Shown: positions 1 through 9,827, counted from the first letter of the stretch. The stretch is 64,000 nt of DNA from an uncultured Acidobacteriota bacterium (GCA_963770895.1 CAVYRF010000002.1:4032001-4096000), one strand, 5' to 3'. Made by a program: numbers and translations. The notes: generated by a model not told the origin, from the letters alone.

Positions 1-1421
1 GGGTGGCCGCCGCGGGTGCCGTCATAGGGGACCAGGTTGGGGTTGTAACCGTCCGAGCCCGGCGCGTTGAGCGTCGGGTCGGTGATCAGGAACGAAAACT
101 GCTCGTTGATCGGGAAGCGCTTGGCCTGGGCGCCGGCCTTGATCTCGTTGTTGGCGATGTCCTTGGTGAGCGAAAAGTTGAAGCCCTGGTTGTCCAGCGA
201 GCGGTTTTGCGCCGCCAGGACCGGCGTGTCGTTGGGCGAGGAGAGCAGCTGCAGGTTGTTGTCGCGGGCATAGACCTGGGCTTCTCCCACCATGTCGCTG
301 CCGAAGATGTGCAGGTAGTCGGCGTTGACGTTCCAATCGCGGGTGTGGACGCGTTCGTCCTGGCCGGCGGCCTCTTGCGAGGGGAGGTTGGTGACGTCGC
401 GATCGGTCTGGCCGCCGTTGGTGGTGAGGCGGAAGGAGTCCTGCCCCTGGCCGTTGCCGGGCAGCAGGTCGTAGCGCAAGAAGCCGCGCAGGGTGTCGCC
501 GTGATTGTTGAAGTTGTCGAACGTCACCGGGTCCAGGAAGCGGTTCGACTCCGAGCCGTCAAGGTTGAGGTACAGCCCCTGCTGCTTGCCGCCGTAGCCC
601 AGGCCCAGGTCGGCGTCGTAGGTGTCGAAGCTGGCGGCGCCGGCGTTGACGTCGCCTTTGAACCCGTGCTGGCCCAGGGCGGAATGGGTGACCAGGTTGA
701 TGACGCCGTACGCCTTTTCACCGTATTCCGCCGGCACGCCGCCGGTGGTGATCTCGATCCCCTGCAGGATCGCCGGGTTGAGGGAGTTCGAAAAGGTGAT
801 GCCGACCTGGTCGCCGATCGGCTGGCCGTCGATCACCAGCAGCTGTTGCGAGTGGCCGCCCTGGAAGTGATAGCGGCCGTTTTCGTCCATGCTGAAGCCG
901 GGCGCCGAAGTGACGATCGATTCGAAGGCGCGCGAGGGGACGACGGAGGGCATGCGCTGGATGAGCGACGAATCGATATCGGTGTGGGTCGTCACCTCGT
1001 CGCGCTCCAGCGCCACGGATTCCTTTTGCGCCGTCACGGTGGTGGTTTCGGCAAACGCCGCGGTGAGGCGCAGGTCGCGCTCGACGGGGAGGTTGCCGCG
1101 CACGTCCACGTCGACGTGGGTCTCCTTGAAGCCTTCGAGGAAGGCCGTCAGGTGATAGGGGTTGTTGGGGACGTTGTACAGAGTGAAGGAGCCGTCGGCG
1201 CCCGACACGGCCTGCTGCGAATAGCCGGTCAGGTCGTTGCTCAGCGAAACGGTGACGCCGGGGAGCGGTGAGTTGTCGGGGCCGAAGACATGGCCGCGAA
1301 CCTGGCCGGCCATGGCGGCGACCGGTGCGGCAAAGGATAGGACCAGCAGGCAGACGGCGGCGACGAAGCGTGCGGCAATCGGGCGCCGCGCGCCGGCGGC
1401 GACCGTGAACGGATCAAGCAT
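1..1421 (-). CDS. TonB-dependent receptor with N-terminal carboxypeptidase-regulatory-like domain (3' end outside window)
   Basis: Translated by hand from ATG at 1421 with GGAGG upstream. Signal peptide, then GQVRGHVFGPDNSPLPGVTVSL...GSFTLYNVPNNPYHLTAFLEGF (CarboxypepD_reg-like) and plug motifs APGFSMDENGRYHFQGG...IDGQPI...IEITTGGVPAEYG...GVINLVT. The frame stays open to position 1. Confidence 0.88.
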   Translation of the reverse strand, partial: MLDPFTVAAGARRPIAARFVAAVCLLVLSFAAPVAAMAGQVRGHVFGPDNSPLPGVTVSLSNDLTGYSQQAVSGADGSFTLYNVPNNPYHLTAFLEGFKETHVDVDVRGNLPVERDLRLTAAFAETTTVTAQKESVALERDEVTTHTDIDSSLIQRMPSVVPSRAFESIVTSAPGFSMDENGRYHFQGGHSQQLLVIDGQPIGDQVGITFSNSLNPAILQGIEITTGGVPAEYGEKAYGVINLVTHSALGQHGFKGDVNAGAASFDTYDADLGLGYGGKQQGLYLNLDGSESNRFLDPVTFDNFNNHGDTLRGFLRYDLLPGNGQGQDSFRLTTNGGQTDRDVTNLPSQEAAGQDERVHTRDWNVNADYLHIFGSDMVGEAQVYARDNNLQLLSSPNDTPVLAAQNRSLDNQGFNFSLTKDIANNEIKAGAQAKRFPINEQFSFLITDPTLNAPGSDGYNPNLVPYDGTRGGH

Positions 1422-1631
1422 GAGACCTCCAAGGGCGGTGCGCGTCCGCGTCGGCGCGGGCCTGCCGCGGCGGCGAACACGTCGTGCAGCGTGGCTCGCA
1501 TGGCTCCGCGCGTCACGCCGAATGCGCGACGGCGCGGCCGCGCACGCGCCGGATACGCCATCGGGCGTACAGGCGGGCGCTGGGGTCCGGCAGTTGTCCG
1601 GACAGCCGCTGAAATGGGAAGAGCCGGGAGG

Positions 1632-2060
1632 TCAGGCGAAAGGCGGGGCGCGCGCGCCGTCAGGACGCAGCGAGCGCAGCAGCGGCGAAGCCGCGACGGC
1701 GGGAGGCAGCGAGTGGTCGGCCAGCCCGATCGAAAGCGCCGCGCCGCGCCCCGGCTGGGCGCCGAAACCGTTCAAGCGATTCAGGCAGACGGCGCAGATC
1801 GGGCGCTGCACCGGCGTCGCGTTTTCGGCGTGCGCCGGCTGCACGGGGTGGCTGGCACCCTGGAAAAACGTTTCGTCATGGTGGCCGGCGAGTGCCGCAA
1901 GCGGTTCCGACGCCTCGTTGGCCGGGTGGATCTCCAGCCCGCCGCCGAGCACCGTCGCCGCCAGCAGCGCCGCAACGGCCGCCTGGGCGATCACCCAGGC
2001 GCGGCCGCCGCGTCCGCGGCGTCGCAAGGTCCCGGCACCGCCGGGAAGCATCTCCATCAT
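1632..2060 (-). CDS. DUF2946/CruR-like leader protein (signal/TM segment, His-rich, CxxC, C-terminal RAPP)
   Basis: Hydrophobic N-terminal stretch, several His, CAVC (1785-1796), ends ...GARAPPFA*. Lies 210 nt upstream of and co-directional with the TonB-dependent receptor. Confidence 0.75.
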   Translation of the reverse strand: MMEMLPGGAGTLRRRGRGGRAWVIAQAAVAALLAATVLGGGLEIHPANEASEPLAALAGHHDETFFQGASHPVQPAHAENATPVQRPICAVCLNRLNGFGAQPGRGAALSIGLADHSLPPAVAASPLLRSLRPDGARAPPFA

Positions 2061-2145
2061 GGCGCCGAGATGCTAACAGAAACCCGCCGGTGACGAAAAT
2101 CTATCTGCGCCGCTCGTGGCGCCGGTCGTCCAACTTTGCCGTAGG

Positions 2146-4443
2146 ATGATGGGAATGCTTGTCAAAGGCTTGCTTGGCGGACGGGGTGCCGCGCCGGCGC
2201 GGGGAGCGGTGCTGGGGCGGCGGCTCGTCCTCGCGCTGGGGGTCGGGCTCGGTCTGAGCGGCCCCATGGCTGTTGCGGCGACGGCGGCCAGCGCCGCGGC
2301 GGCCGGCAGCGCGGCAGCGGGGGCAGAGCGCGCGGTTGCGGCGCAGTTTCCGGCCGGCCGGCTGCCGGTGATCGCGCCGCAGGGCCTGGCGCAGATTGCC
2401 GGTCTGCTGGCGGAGAAGGCGCGGCGCACGCCGGCCCAGGCGAAGCTCGATTCGCACCTGCTGTACGCGGTCAGGGCGGCGCGCGGCGAAGCGCCGGCGG
2501 CGGGGGTCGATCTGCGGCGGGCGATGGCGGCGACGGTCGGGGTCGATGCGCGGCAGCGGGTGGCGGTGGAGGTGCGAGGCGAGGTGGGCGGCGCGCTGCT
2601 CGGGGCGCTGGCGGGGCTGGGGGCCGAAAGTGTTGTGGCGCACGCTGAGCTCGGTTCGCTGCGGGCGAGCCTGCCGCTGGCGCGGCTGGAAGAAGCGGCG
2701 GCGCTGCCGGGGGTGCGGTTCATCGGGCCGCTGCCGCAGCGATCGGCGGCCGCCGGCCCGGATGGGAGCGGCGACGTCGCCCATGCGGCGAACCTGGTGC
2801 GGGTGGATGCAGGCATCGCCGGCGCCGGCGTCAGGGTGGGGGTGATCTCGACCGGGGTCACCTCGCTCGCGGCGCAGCAGGCCGCGGGATCGCTGCCGGG
2901 CAACGTGACGGTGCTGCCCGGCCTGGCCGGCAGCGGTGACGAGGGGACGGCGGTCCTGGAGGTGATCTACACCCTGGCGCCGGCGGCGCAGCTCTACTTT
3001 GCGACCAGCGGCGCCACCGACGCCGACATGGCGGCGGCGATCGCGGCGCTGCAGGCGGCTGGCTGCCAGATCATCGTCGACGACATCACTTTCTACGACG
3101 AGCCGGCGTTTCAGGATGGCCCCATCGCGCAAGCGGTGGATGCCTTCACCAACGGCGGCGGCCTGTACGTGTCGTCGGCGGGCAACGACGGCAACCTGGA
3201 CAGCGGCACGGCGGGCGTCTGGGAGGGCGATTTTGTCGCCGCCACGGCGTCGATCGCGGCGGTCAGCGCCAGCGACACCGGGGTTTTGCACAGCTTCGGC
3301 GCCGCCGACCATGCGACGCTGGTCGCGGGCACCAAGGCCTGGACCACGCTCGAATGGTCGGATCCCCTGGGCGCCTCCGCCAACGACTACGACCTGTTCC
3401 TGCTGAGCGGCGACCTGACGACGGTGATCGACTACTCGACCAACGTCCAGAACGGCACCCAGGACCCGTACGAGCACGTCGGCACCACCAGCGCCGGCGA
3501 GGCGCTGGTCGTCGTGCAGCACAACGGCGCGGCGCGCTACCTGCGGCTGGCCGCCAACCTGGGCCGGCTGAGCCCCGCCACCGCCGGCGCCACGGCGGGC
3601 CACAACGGCGGCGCCGCCACGGTGTCGGTCGCGGCGGTCAACGTCACGTATGCCGGCGGCGGGGCGTTCGCCGCGGCCGATGCCGCGCCGATCGCCAGCT
3701 ACAGCTCCGACGGGCCGCGCCGCCTCTTTTTCACCCCGGCGGGGGCGGCGATCACGCCCGGCAACTTCCTGGCGGCCAGCGGCGGCGGCAGCGTCCTGCC
3801 CAAGGTGGACCTGACTGCGGCCACCTGCGTGCCGACCACCGTCACCGGCTACGCCCAGCTCTGCGGCACCTCGGCCGCCGCACCGCACGTGGCGGCGATC
3901 GGCGCGCTGGCCTTGTCGCTGCCCAGCCACCCCTCGCCCGCCCAGGTGCGGGTGGCCCTGGAGCAGTCGGCGCTCGACATGGGCGCCGCCGGCTTCGACC
4001 GCGACTGGGGTCACGGCATCGCCATGGCCGACGCCACCATCGGCTACCTGGCCGCGCCGCCGGCGGTGCGCTTCTACACCGTCACCCCCTGCCGCGCGGT
4101 CGATACCCGCACCGCGGCCGGCCCGCTGGGCGGCCCGGCGCTGCAAGCGAACGCGGTGCGAGCGTTCACCCTGACCGGCGCCTGCGGCATCCCCGCCGGC
4201 GCCAAGGCCGTCGCCGCCAACGTCACGGTCGTGGTGCCCGGCGCCGCCGGCGACCTGCGCTTCTATGCCGGCGACGACAGCGTGGCGCCGCTCGCGAGCA
4301 CCATCAACTTTGGCGCCGGCGCCCTGCTGGCCAACAACGCCATGCTGCAGCTGGCCCACGACGGCAGCGGCACCGTCAACGTGCAATCCGATGCCACCGC
4401 GCCGGTCGATCTGCTGATCGACGTCAACGGCTACTACCAGTAG
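2146..4443 (+). CDS. Secreted subtilase (S8/S53-like, Glu at the His position) with C-terminal 'TPCR.VDTR' domain
   Basis: Signal peptide, GAGVRVGVISTG, DEGTAVLEVI, SSAGNDG (oxyanion Asn), GTSAAAPHVAA (catalytic Ser), GFDRDWGHG. The start could be 2146, 2149 or 2155. Confidence 0.85.
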   Translation: MMGMLVKGLLGGRGAAPARGAVLGRRLVLALGVGLGLSGPMAVAATAASAAAAGSAAAGAERAVAAQFPAGRLPVIAPQGLAQIAGLLAEKARRTPAQAKLDSHLLYAVRAARGEAPAAGVDLRRAMAATVGVDARQRVAVEVRGEVGGALLGALAGLGAESVVAHAELGSLRASLPLARLEEAAALPGVRFIGPLPQRSAAAGPDGSGDVAHAANLVRVDAGIAGAGVRVGVISTGVTSLAAQQAAGSLPGNVTVLPGLAGSGDEGTAVLEVIYTLAPAAQLYFATSGATDADMAAAIAALQAAGCQIIVDDITFYDEPAFQDGPIAQAVDAFTNGGGLYVSSAGNDGNLDSGTAGVWEGDFVAATASIAAVSASDTGVLHSFGAADHATLVAGTKAWTTLEWSDPLGASANDYDLFLLSGDLTTVIDYSTNVQNGTQDPYEHVGTTSAGEALVVVQHNGAARYLRLAANLGRLSPATAGATAGHNGGAATVSVAAVNVTYAGGGAFAAADAAPIASYSSDGPRRLFFTPAGAAITPGNFLAASGGGSVLPKVDLTAATCVPTTVTGYAQLCGTSAAAPHVAAIGALALSLPSHPSPAQVRVALEQSALDMGAAGFDRDWGHGIAMADATIGYLAAPPAVRFYTVTPCRAVDTRTAAGPLGGPALQANAVRAFTLTGACGIPAGAKAVAANVTVVVPGAAGDLRFYAGDDSVAPLASTINFGAGALLANNAMLQLAHDGSGTVNVQSDATAPVDLLIDVNGYYQ

Positions 4444-4607
4444 CGCCGGCAGCGCGCCGCAGCGTTGCCGGTTGGCGCCAGCCCCGCCGCCGCTCCCGGC
4501 GCGGGGCGCGCGCGATCGGCCATCGCCATGTGCAACACGATCGATAAGCTTCCTCGACCGGCGGACCCTCCATAGACTTGCATGAGACTCTTTTGGAGGG
4601 ATCTATT

Positions 4608-6320
4608 ATGAGCAAACGTAGGAACGAGGCCGGCGCGTCGAGCTCCATCGGCTTTCCCAGCTCGAGCGTCGCCACCTTGGGGCTATGGGCGTACCTGATC
4701 GTTTTCGGCGGCGGCTGCCTGGCCTTGTATTATCAGAGAATCCATTACATCCCGGAGCTGCATTGGGAAGATGCTCTGAGCGAGCTGTTTGTCCTGTCGA
4801 TCCTGGGCGGCTGCGTCTGGATCTTGTTCGGGCTGCTTCTGTTTCTGCCGGGTGCGATCTGGTCGCGAGAGCTGATATGGGATAACACGCTCCGCGACGT
4901 GCTGTGCTTCAACGGTGACGAGAAGGCCAGGGAGCCCTGCCTGTCCAGCATCTGGAGGAGCGTCGGGATGCCGTTCGCGGTGTACATGGGCTGCGCTCAC
5001 CTCGGCCTCATTTTGGGCAGGATCTGGCTGTGCGTCGCCTGCCCGGTGGGATTCGTGCTCGCCCTCTGGCTCTGCCTGCGCGAAATGCGCGCCGACCTTG
5101 GCTACCCGCGCACCCACCCCAAAAGGTGGCCCTGGCTGCTGACTGCCTGGCGCGACCCTGACGCCTCTCCGCAGCTTGCGGCCGGGTACGCCACAGCCGG
5201 CGACACGCAGGCGGTGGAGCTCACCGAGGCGACGGGCGCCCCGGCAGGCCAGGAGCCCACGGTTGACAAAACAGCGCCGCCCCACTCGCGGTTGTCGAAA
5301 TATTTGTTTTGGTTCGGTATCTCGATGGCGCTCGGTTCGATGTCGTTGTTGATCGACTTTGCCCTGAGCGGGAGGCAGAGCATGCGTGATTGGAAGCTCG
5401 CCCTCATCTGCACTGCTGTGATCATTTGCGCCAATCTTGGCGTCGCGCTGCGCTTTAAATCGCATCCACCGTCCGCCGTCGGCATCAGCGTCGTGGCCGG
5501 CCTGGCGTTGCTGGTGGTTGGGGAGGCAATCGAAGACAGGAACAGCATGTTGTGCCGGACCATGGAGGCCTTCGGCGTCGGCGACGACACCAAGGTTTCT
5601 TTTACGGTGAAGGCAGGGTATCGCGACGTGCTGTGCGGGTTACAAATCCCCTTTCACCAGGTGGGCGGGCCGCAAGGAGCGCTGGTCATCCGCAACGCCG
5701 CGATGCTGTCGCGGCTCGGCGTCAATTACTTTGCGCGCGCCGGTGACCGGCAGTTCCAGCTGCCGAAGACGGAGGTCCTGTCATGGTCCGCGATGACCGA
5801 TTCCACCGTCGCCCTGCGGCGGCGACACCGCGACGCCGATATCGCTATCCAATCTGGCCGGGTCTTTGCCGACAAGATCGTATTTGCGAATGAAGCCGCC
5901 GAGGTCACGACGGATAACTCCCAGGTGCAGCTCCTGGCGCGATGGGAGTCCGACGTGATGCCGGAGCTGGTACATCTTGAAGTCTGCGGCGACCAGAGGT
6001 GCTTGTACCTGGCGCCGGCATCAGGGAATGAGGAACTTCAACCGGCCTTGGATAGCTGTGTCTCAGGCGCGGGCAAGCCGCCGGCCACTGCCACGGCTGC
6101 GACGACGGCCACGGCTGCGGCCACGGCCACGGCCGAGACCGCGAATCTGTACAGCGCCGGCTTCCCTATAAAAAGGGAGGTCGTTCCATGCAAGGCGGTC
6201 TGGAACGGGCACCTTGGCGCATGGCAGGTCGCCTCTATCGGTGGTCTCGCTCCAGGGGAATATGGTCTGTGGAACCCGAGAAGTGGCGACTTCGCGGCAT
6301 TTGCGGTGGGCGCTCCGTGA
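4608..6320 (+). CDS. Hypothetical multi-pass membrane protein with soluble C-terminal region
   Basis: ATG at 4608 preceded by GGAGG. About 7-8 hydrophobic segments in the N-terminal 320 aa. Visibly lower GC than the flanks. No family recognised. Confidence 0.65.
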   Translation: MSKRRNEAGASSSIGFPSSSVATLGLWAYLIVFGGGCLALYYQRIHYIPELHWEDALSELFVLSILGGCVWILFGLLLFLPGAIWSRELIWDNTLRDVLCFNGDEKAREPCLSSIWRSVGMPFAVYMGCAHLGLILGRIWLCVACPVGFVLALWLCLREMRADLGYPRTHPKRWPWLLTAWRDPDASPQLAAGYATAGDTQAVELTEATGAPAGQEPTVDKTAPPHSRLSKYLFWFGISMALGSMSLLIDFALSGRQSMRDWKLALICTAVIICANLGVALRFKSHPPSAVGISVVAGLALLVVGEAIEDRNSMLCRTMEAFGVGDDTKVSFTVKAGYRDVLCGLQIPFHQVGGPQGALVIRNAAMLSRLGVNYFARAGDRQFQLPKTEVLSWSAMTDSTVALRRRHRDADIAIQSGRVFADKIVFANEAAEVTTDNSQVQLLARWESDVMPELVHLEVCGDQRCLYLAPASGNEELQPALDSCVSGAGKPPATATAATTATAAATATAETANLYSAGFPIKREVVPCKAVWNGHLGAWQVASIGGLAPGEYGLWNPRSGDFAAFAVGAP

Positions 6321-6555
6321 ACTGACCGGCCAATCGCCATTAGCTCAGCCTCGCCGAGCGCACTCCCTCGCCGCACGCCGCCAGCATCACCAAACCGTCG
6401 CTCGTGCGCCAGGGGGCGGTGCCAGGGGCGCGCACCACCGCCGTACGGCTGGGAAGCAGGCCAGCTTTCCGCTACGATGCAGGCGGGGTGGGAGCGCGAG
6501 GCGGGGGCGGCGCGATGCGATGGCGGCGGAGATCCTGCGCCAGGGGGCTGAAAGA

Positions 6556-6876
6556 GTGATTAGGCACATTGCCACGAGTTCGTCTCTCGACTTTGACCTG
6601 GATCGGCTCAACGAATTTTGCCGGCGTTGGAGCGTCACTGAGCTGGCGCTCTTCGGCTCCGTTCTGCGCGCCGATTTTGGACCCGAGAGTGACGTGGATG
6701 TCCTGGTCACCTTTGCGGCTGATTCGCCCTGGACCCTGTGGGACCTCTCCAGGATGCGGATCGACCTGGAATCCATCTTTGGCCGGGCGATAGATCTGGT
6801 CGAAAAAAAGGCATTGCGCAATCCGTATCGGAGGCGGGCCATCCTCGCTGATCATCAGGTCCTCTATGCATCCTGA
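6556..6876 (+). CDS. mntA: MntA-type minimal nucleotidyltransferase antitoxin
   Basis: LALFGSVLRADFGPESDVDVLV matches GSX10DXD, followed by LESIFGRAIDLV. Overlaps the downstream HEPN gene. Start is GTG 6556 or ATG 6520. Confidence 0.88.
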   Translation: MIRHIATSSSLDFDLDRLNEFCRRWSVTELALFGSVLRADFGPESDVDVLVTFAADSPWTLWDLSRMRIDLESIFGRAIDLVEKKALRNPYRRRAILADHQVLYAS

Positions 6877-7213
6877 TCGAGATCGGGCATGCCTCTGGGA
6901 CATGCTGAAGGCTGCCCAGGGACTTGCGTCTTCATTGCGCGGGCTGACCTTCGCGCAGTATGCCAGCGACGAAAACCTTCGTATGGCGACGGAACGCAGG
7001 ATCGAAATCATTGGCAAAGCGGCGCGCCGCATCTCCACGGAGCGTAAGGAATCTCATCCAGAGATCCCTTGGCGCCTGATCGTCGATCAGCGCAACGTGC
7101 TGATTCACGCCTATGACGAGATCGACAACGAGCGGATCTGGGCGTTGGCAGAGAAAGACATCCCGCGCTTGGCACAGCAACTCACAGCGCTTGTCCCACC
7201 TGACGAGGTGTGA
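6866..7213 (+). CDS. hepT: HepT-like HEPN RNase toxin (DUF86)
   Basis: 115 aa, with ERRIEIIGKAA...HPEIPW...RNVLIHAY (RX4HXY motif). Paired with the MNT gene. Confidence 0.9.
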   Translation: MHPDRDRACLWDMLKAAQGLASSLRGLTFAQYASDENLRMATERRIEIIGKAARRISTERKESHPEIPWRLIVDQRNVLIHAYDEIDNERIWALAEKDIPRLAQQLTALVPPDEV

Positions 7214-7399
7214 TGTTGGGCGTTCCTTGCCGCCACGCATAGACACGTGGTGTCCTCGATCGAGCAACTACGCCGTGGATGGGGGGCGTAGGCGGCGGCG
7301 AGCCGGGGATGTTGGTGTTTCTGGATCGGCTGGGAAGATGCCGGCTTTCGAGCTACGATCAGGGCCGGCCGGGTGCGAGTGGGCCAGGCCTGGGCAATC

Positions 7400-7837
7400 A
7401 TGGAATCTCGGACGCATTTGGCGATCGATCGCAGGCTTTGCGGCGTGCCTTTGGTGGTGCCGGGGGCGGCGGTGGGGATGGCTTGGGTGGGGCTGACGAC
7501 GGTTGCTGAGATGGCGGCGGATGGGCTTGGGTTGGTGCATGGCGGCTTCGTGTTCGGGCTGGCGGACTATGCGGCGATGCTGGCGGTCAACGATCCGTTG
7601 GTGGTGTTGGGGAGTGCCGAGGTGCGGTTCCTGCGGCCGGTCGTGGTGGGGGAGCGGCTGGTCGCGGAGGCGCGGCGGGAGGGGGAGGCGGGGCGGCGCA
7701 GCAAGGTGGTGGTGGAGGTGCGGCGAGCGCCGGATGATCGCGGCGATCCACGGAGCGCGGACGGGGAGGTGGTGATGCGCGGGGAATTCGTCTGCTTCAC
7801 GCTGGAACGGCACGTGCTGCAGACGGAGCCGGCATGA
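7400..7837 (+). CDS. PaaI-family hotdog-fold thioesterase
   Basis: [20 protein letters not shown]...[19 protein letters not shown]. The stop overlaps the next ATG (ATGA). Confidence 0.88.
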   Translation: MESRTHLAIDRRLCGVPLVVPGAAVGMAWVGLTTVAEMAADGLGLVHGGFVFGLADYAAMLAVNDPLVVLGSAEVRFLRPVVVGERLVAEARREGEAGRRSKVVVEVRRAPDDRGDPRSADGEVVMRGEFVCFTLERHVLQTEPA

Positions 7838-9801
7838 ACGGCGGCGAGCAGATCGCCGCGGTGCTGGCGCGGCAGGGCGTGCGTTTCCTGTTCACCCTGT
7901 GCGGCGGGCATATCTCGCCGATCCTGGTGGGGGCCAAGCAGTTGGGGATCCGCGTCGTGGACGTGCGCGACGAGGTGGCGGCGGTGTTCGCGGCGGATGC
8001 GGTGGCGCGCCTGACCGGGGTGCCGGGGGTGGCGGCGGTGACCGCCGGGCCGGGTGTGACCAACACGGTGACGGCGCTCAAGAACGCGCAGATGGCGCAG
8101 TCGCCGGTGGTGCTGCTGGGCGGCGCGGCGGCGACCTTGCTCAAGGGGCGCGGCGCGCTGCAGGACATCGAGCAGATGCCGCTGATCCGGCCGCACGTCA
8201 AGTGGGCGGCGAGCGCCCGCGCGGTGCGCGAGCTGGCGCCGCTGCTCGAAGAGGCGTTCCGCCAGGCGCGCGCCGGGGTGCCGGGGCCGGTGTTCCTGGA
8301 ATGCCCGATCGACCTGTTGTACCCCGAAACGTTGGTGCGGCAGATGTACGGCGCGTCCGCCGGCGACGGTGCCGCGGGCGAGGCAGGCGAAAGTGCGGCC
8401 AAGGACGGCGGCGGCGGACTGGCCGGCTGGGCGCTGCGTTTCTACCTGCGCCGCCACCTGGCGCGGCTGTTCCGGCCGGGGCGGGCGATCGCTGCGGGCG
8501 CCATCGCATCCGGCGCCGTGCCCGGTGCGCGAGCGAGCGCGGGCGATGGCGTCCAGGGCGTCACCGGGCGGGAGCAGGCGCCGTCGCGCGGGCAGGTGCG
8601 GCGGGCGGCGGCTCTCCTGGCGCGGAGCGAGCGGCCGGTGCTGGTGGTGGGGAGCCAGGCGGTGCTGGATACGGCGGCGGTGGGGGAGCTGGCGGCGGCC
8701 ATCGCGGCGATCGGCGTGCCCTGCTACCTGGCGGGTGGCGCGCGCGGGTTGCTGGGCGCCAGCCATCCGTTGCAGCTGCGCCACCGCCGCAAGGAGGCGC
8801 TGCGCCAGGCCGACGTGGTGCTGCTGGCCGGCATCCCCAACGATTTCCGGCTCGACTACGGGCGCCACGTCAACCGGCGGGCCGACCTGGTGATGATCAG
8901 CCGCAAGGCGGACGATCTGAGCCAGAACCGTCGCCCGCGCCTGGCGGTGCACGCCGATCCGGGCCGCTTTCTGCGCGACCTGGCCGCGTACGGCCGGCGC
9001 GCCGGCGGCGGCCCTGCCGGGGAGGGGCTGGCTGCCCTGCCCGGCGTGGCAGCTTCTGCAGTGCCGGCGGCGCCGCTGGCGGAGGGGACCGATACGGCGC
9101 CGACCGGTTCGACCTCGGCAGGGAACCGTGAGGCGGGGCCAGGCAGGTGGGCGTCGTGGCTCGGCGCTCTGCGCGGCCGTGACGACGACCGCGAGCGGGA
9201 GATCGCGGCGCAGGCGGCGGCCGCGGTCAGCGGCGGGCTGGTCAATCCGCTGCACCTTTGCCGCGAGATCGAGTCGCTGCTGGCTCCCGACAGCGTGATC
9301 GTGGCCGACGGCGGGGATTTTGTGGGCACCGCGGCGTACGTGCTGCGGCCGCGGGCGCCGCTGTCGTGGCTGGATCCCGGCGTGTTCGGCACCTTGGGGG
9401 TGGGGGGCGGCTTTGCGCTCGGCGCCAAGCTGTGCCGGCCGGGTGCGGACGTGTGGATCGTCTATGGTGACGGCTCGGCCGCCTACAGCCTGGCGGAGAT
9501 CGACACCATGGCGCGCCACGGCCTGGCGGTGATCGCGGTGGTGGGCAACGACGCGGGATGGGCGCAGATCGCCCGCGAGCAGGTGGAGATGCTGCACGAC
9601 GACGTGGGCACCGTGCTGGCGCGTACCGACTACCATCGGGTGGCCGCCGGGTACGGCGGCATGGGTCTGCGCATCGCCCGCCCCGAAGACGTCCGCCCGG
9701 TCCTGGAAGAAGCGCTGCGGCTGGCCCGCGCCGGCTCGCCGGTCCTGGTCAACGCCCTGATCGGGCGCACCGAGTTCCGCAAGGGCTCGATCTCGATCTG
9801 A
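7834..9801 (+). CDS. ThDP-dependent enzyme, ILVBL / 2-hydroxyacyl-CoA lyase-like (acetolactate synthase-like family)
   Basis: [62 protein letters not shown], and ThDP motif GDGSAAYS...VVGNDAGW. Confidence 0.88.
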   Translation: MNGGEQIAAVLARQGVRFLFTLCGGHISPILVGAKQLGIRVVDVRDEVAAVFAADAVARLTGVPGVAAVTAGPGVTNTVTALKNAQMAQSPVVLLGGAAATLLKGRGALQDIEQMPLIRPHVKWAASARAVRELAPLLEEAFRQARAGVPGPVFLECPIDLLYPETLVRQMYGASAGDGAAGEAGESAAKDGGGGLAGWALRFYLRRHLARLFRPGRAIAAGAIASGAVPGARASAGDGVQGVTGREQAPSRGQVRRAAALLARSERPVLVVGSQAVLDTAAVGELAAAIAAIGVPCYLAGGARGLLGASHPLQLRHRRKEALRQADVVLLAGIPNDFRLDYGRHVNRRADLVMISRKADDLSQNRRPRLAVHADPGRFLRDLAAYGRRAGGGPAGEGLAALPGVAASAVPAAPLAEGTDTAPTGSTSAGNREAGPGRWASWLGALRGRDDDREREIAAQAAAAVSGGLVNPLHLCREIESLLAPDSVIVADGGDFVGTAAYVLRPRAPLSWLDPGVFGTLGVGGGFALGAKLCRPGADVWIVYGDGSAAYSLAEIDTMARHGLAVIAVVGNDAGWAQIAREQVEMLHDDVGTVLARTDYHRVAAGYGGMGLRIARPEDVRPVLEEALRLARAGSPVLVNALIGRTEFRKGSISI

Positions 9802-9827
9802 GCCAGCCGGGTGGCGGGCCTGAACCC

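Noticed and set aside
3-1271. 422-aa plus-strand ORF
   Set aside because: Antisense shadow of the TonB-dependent receptor.
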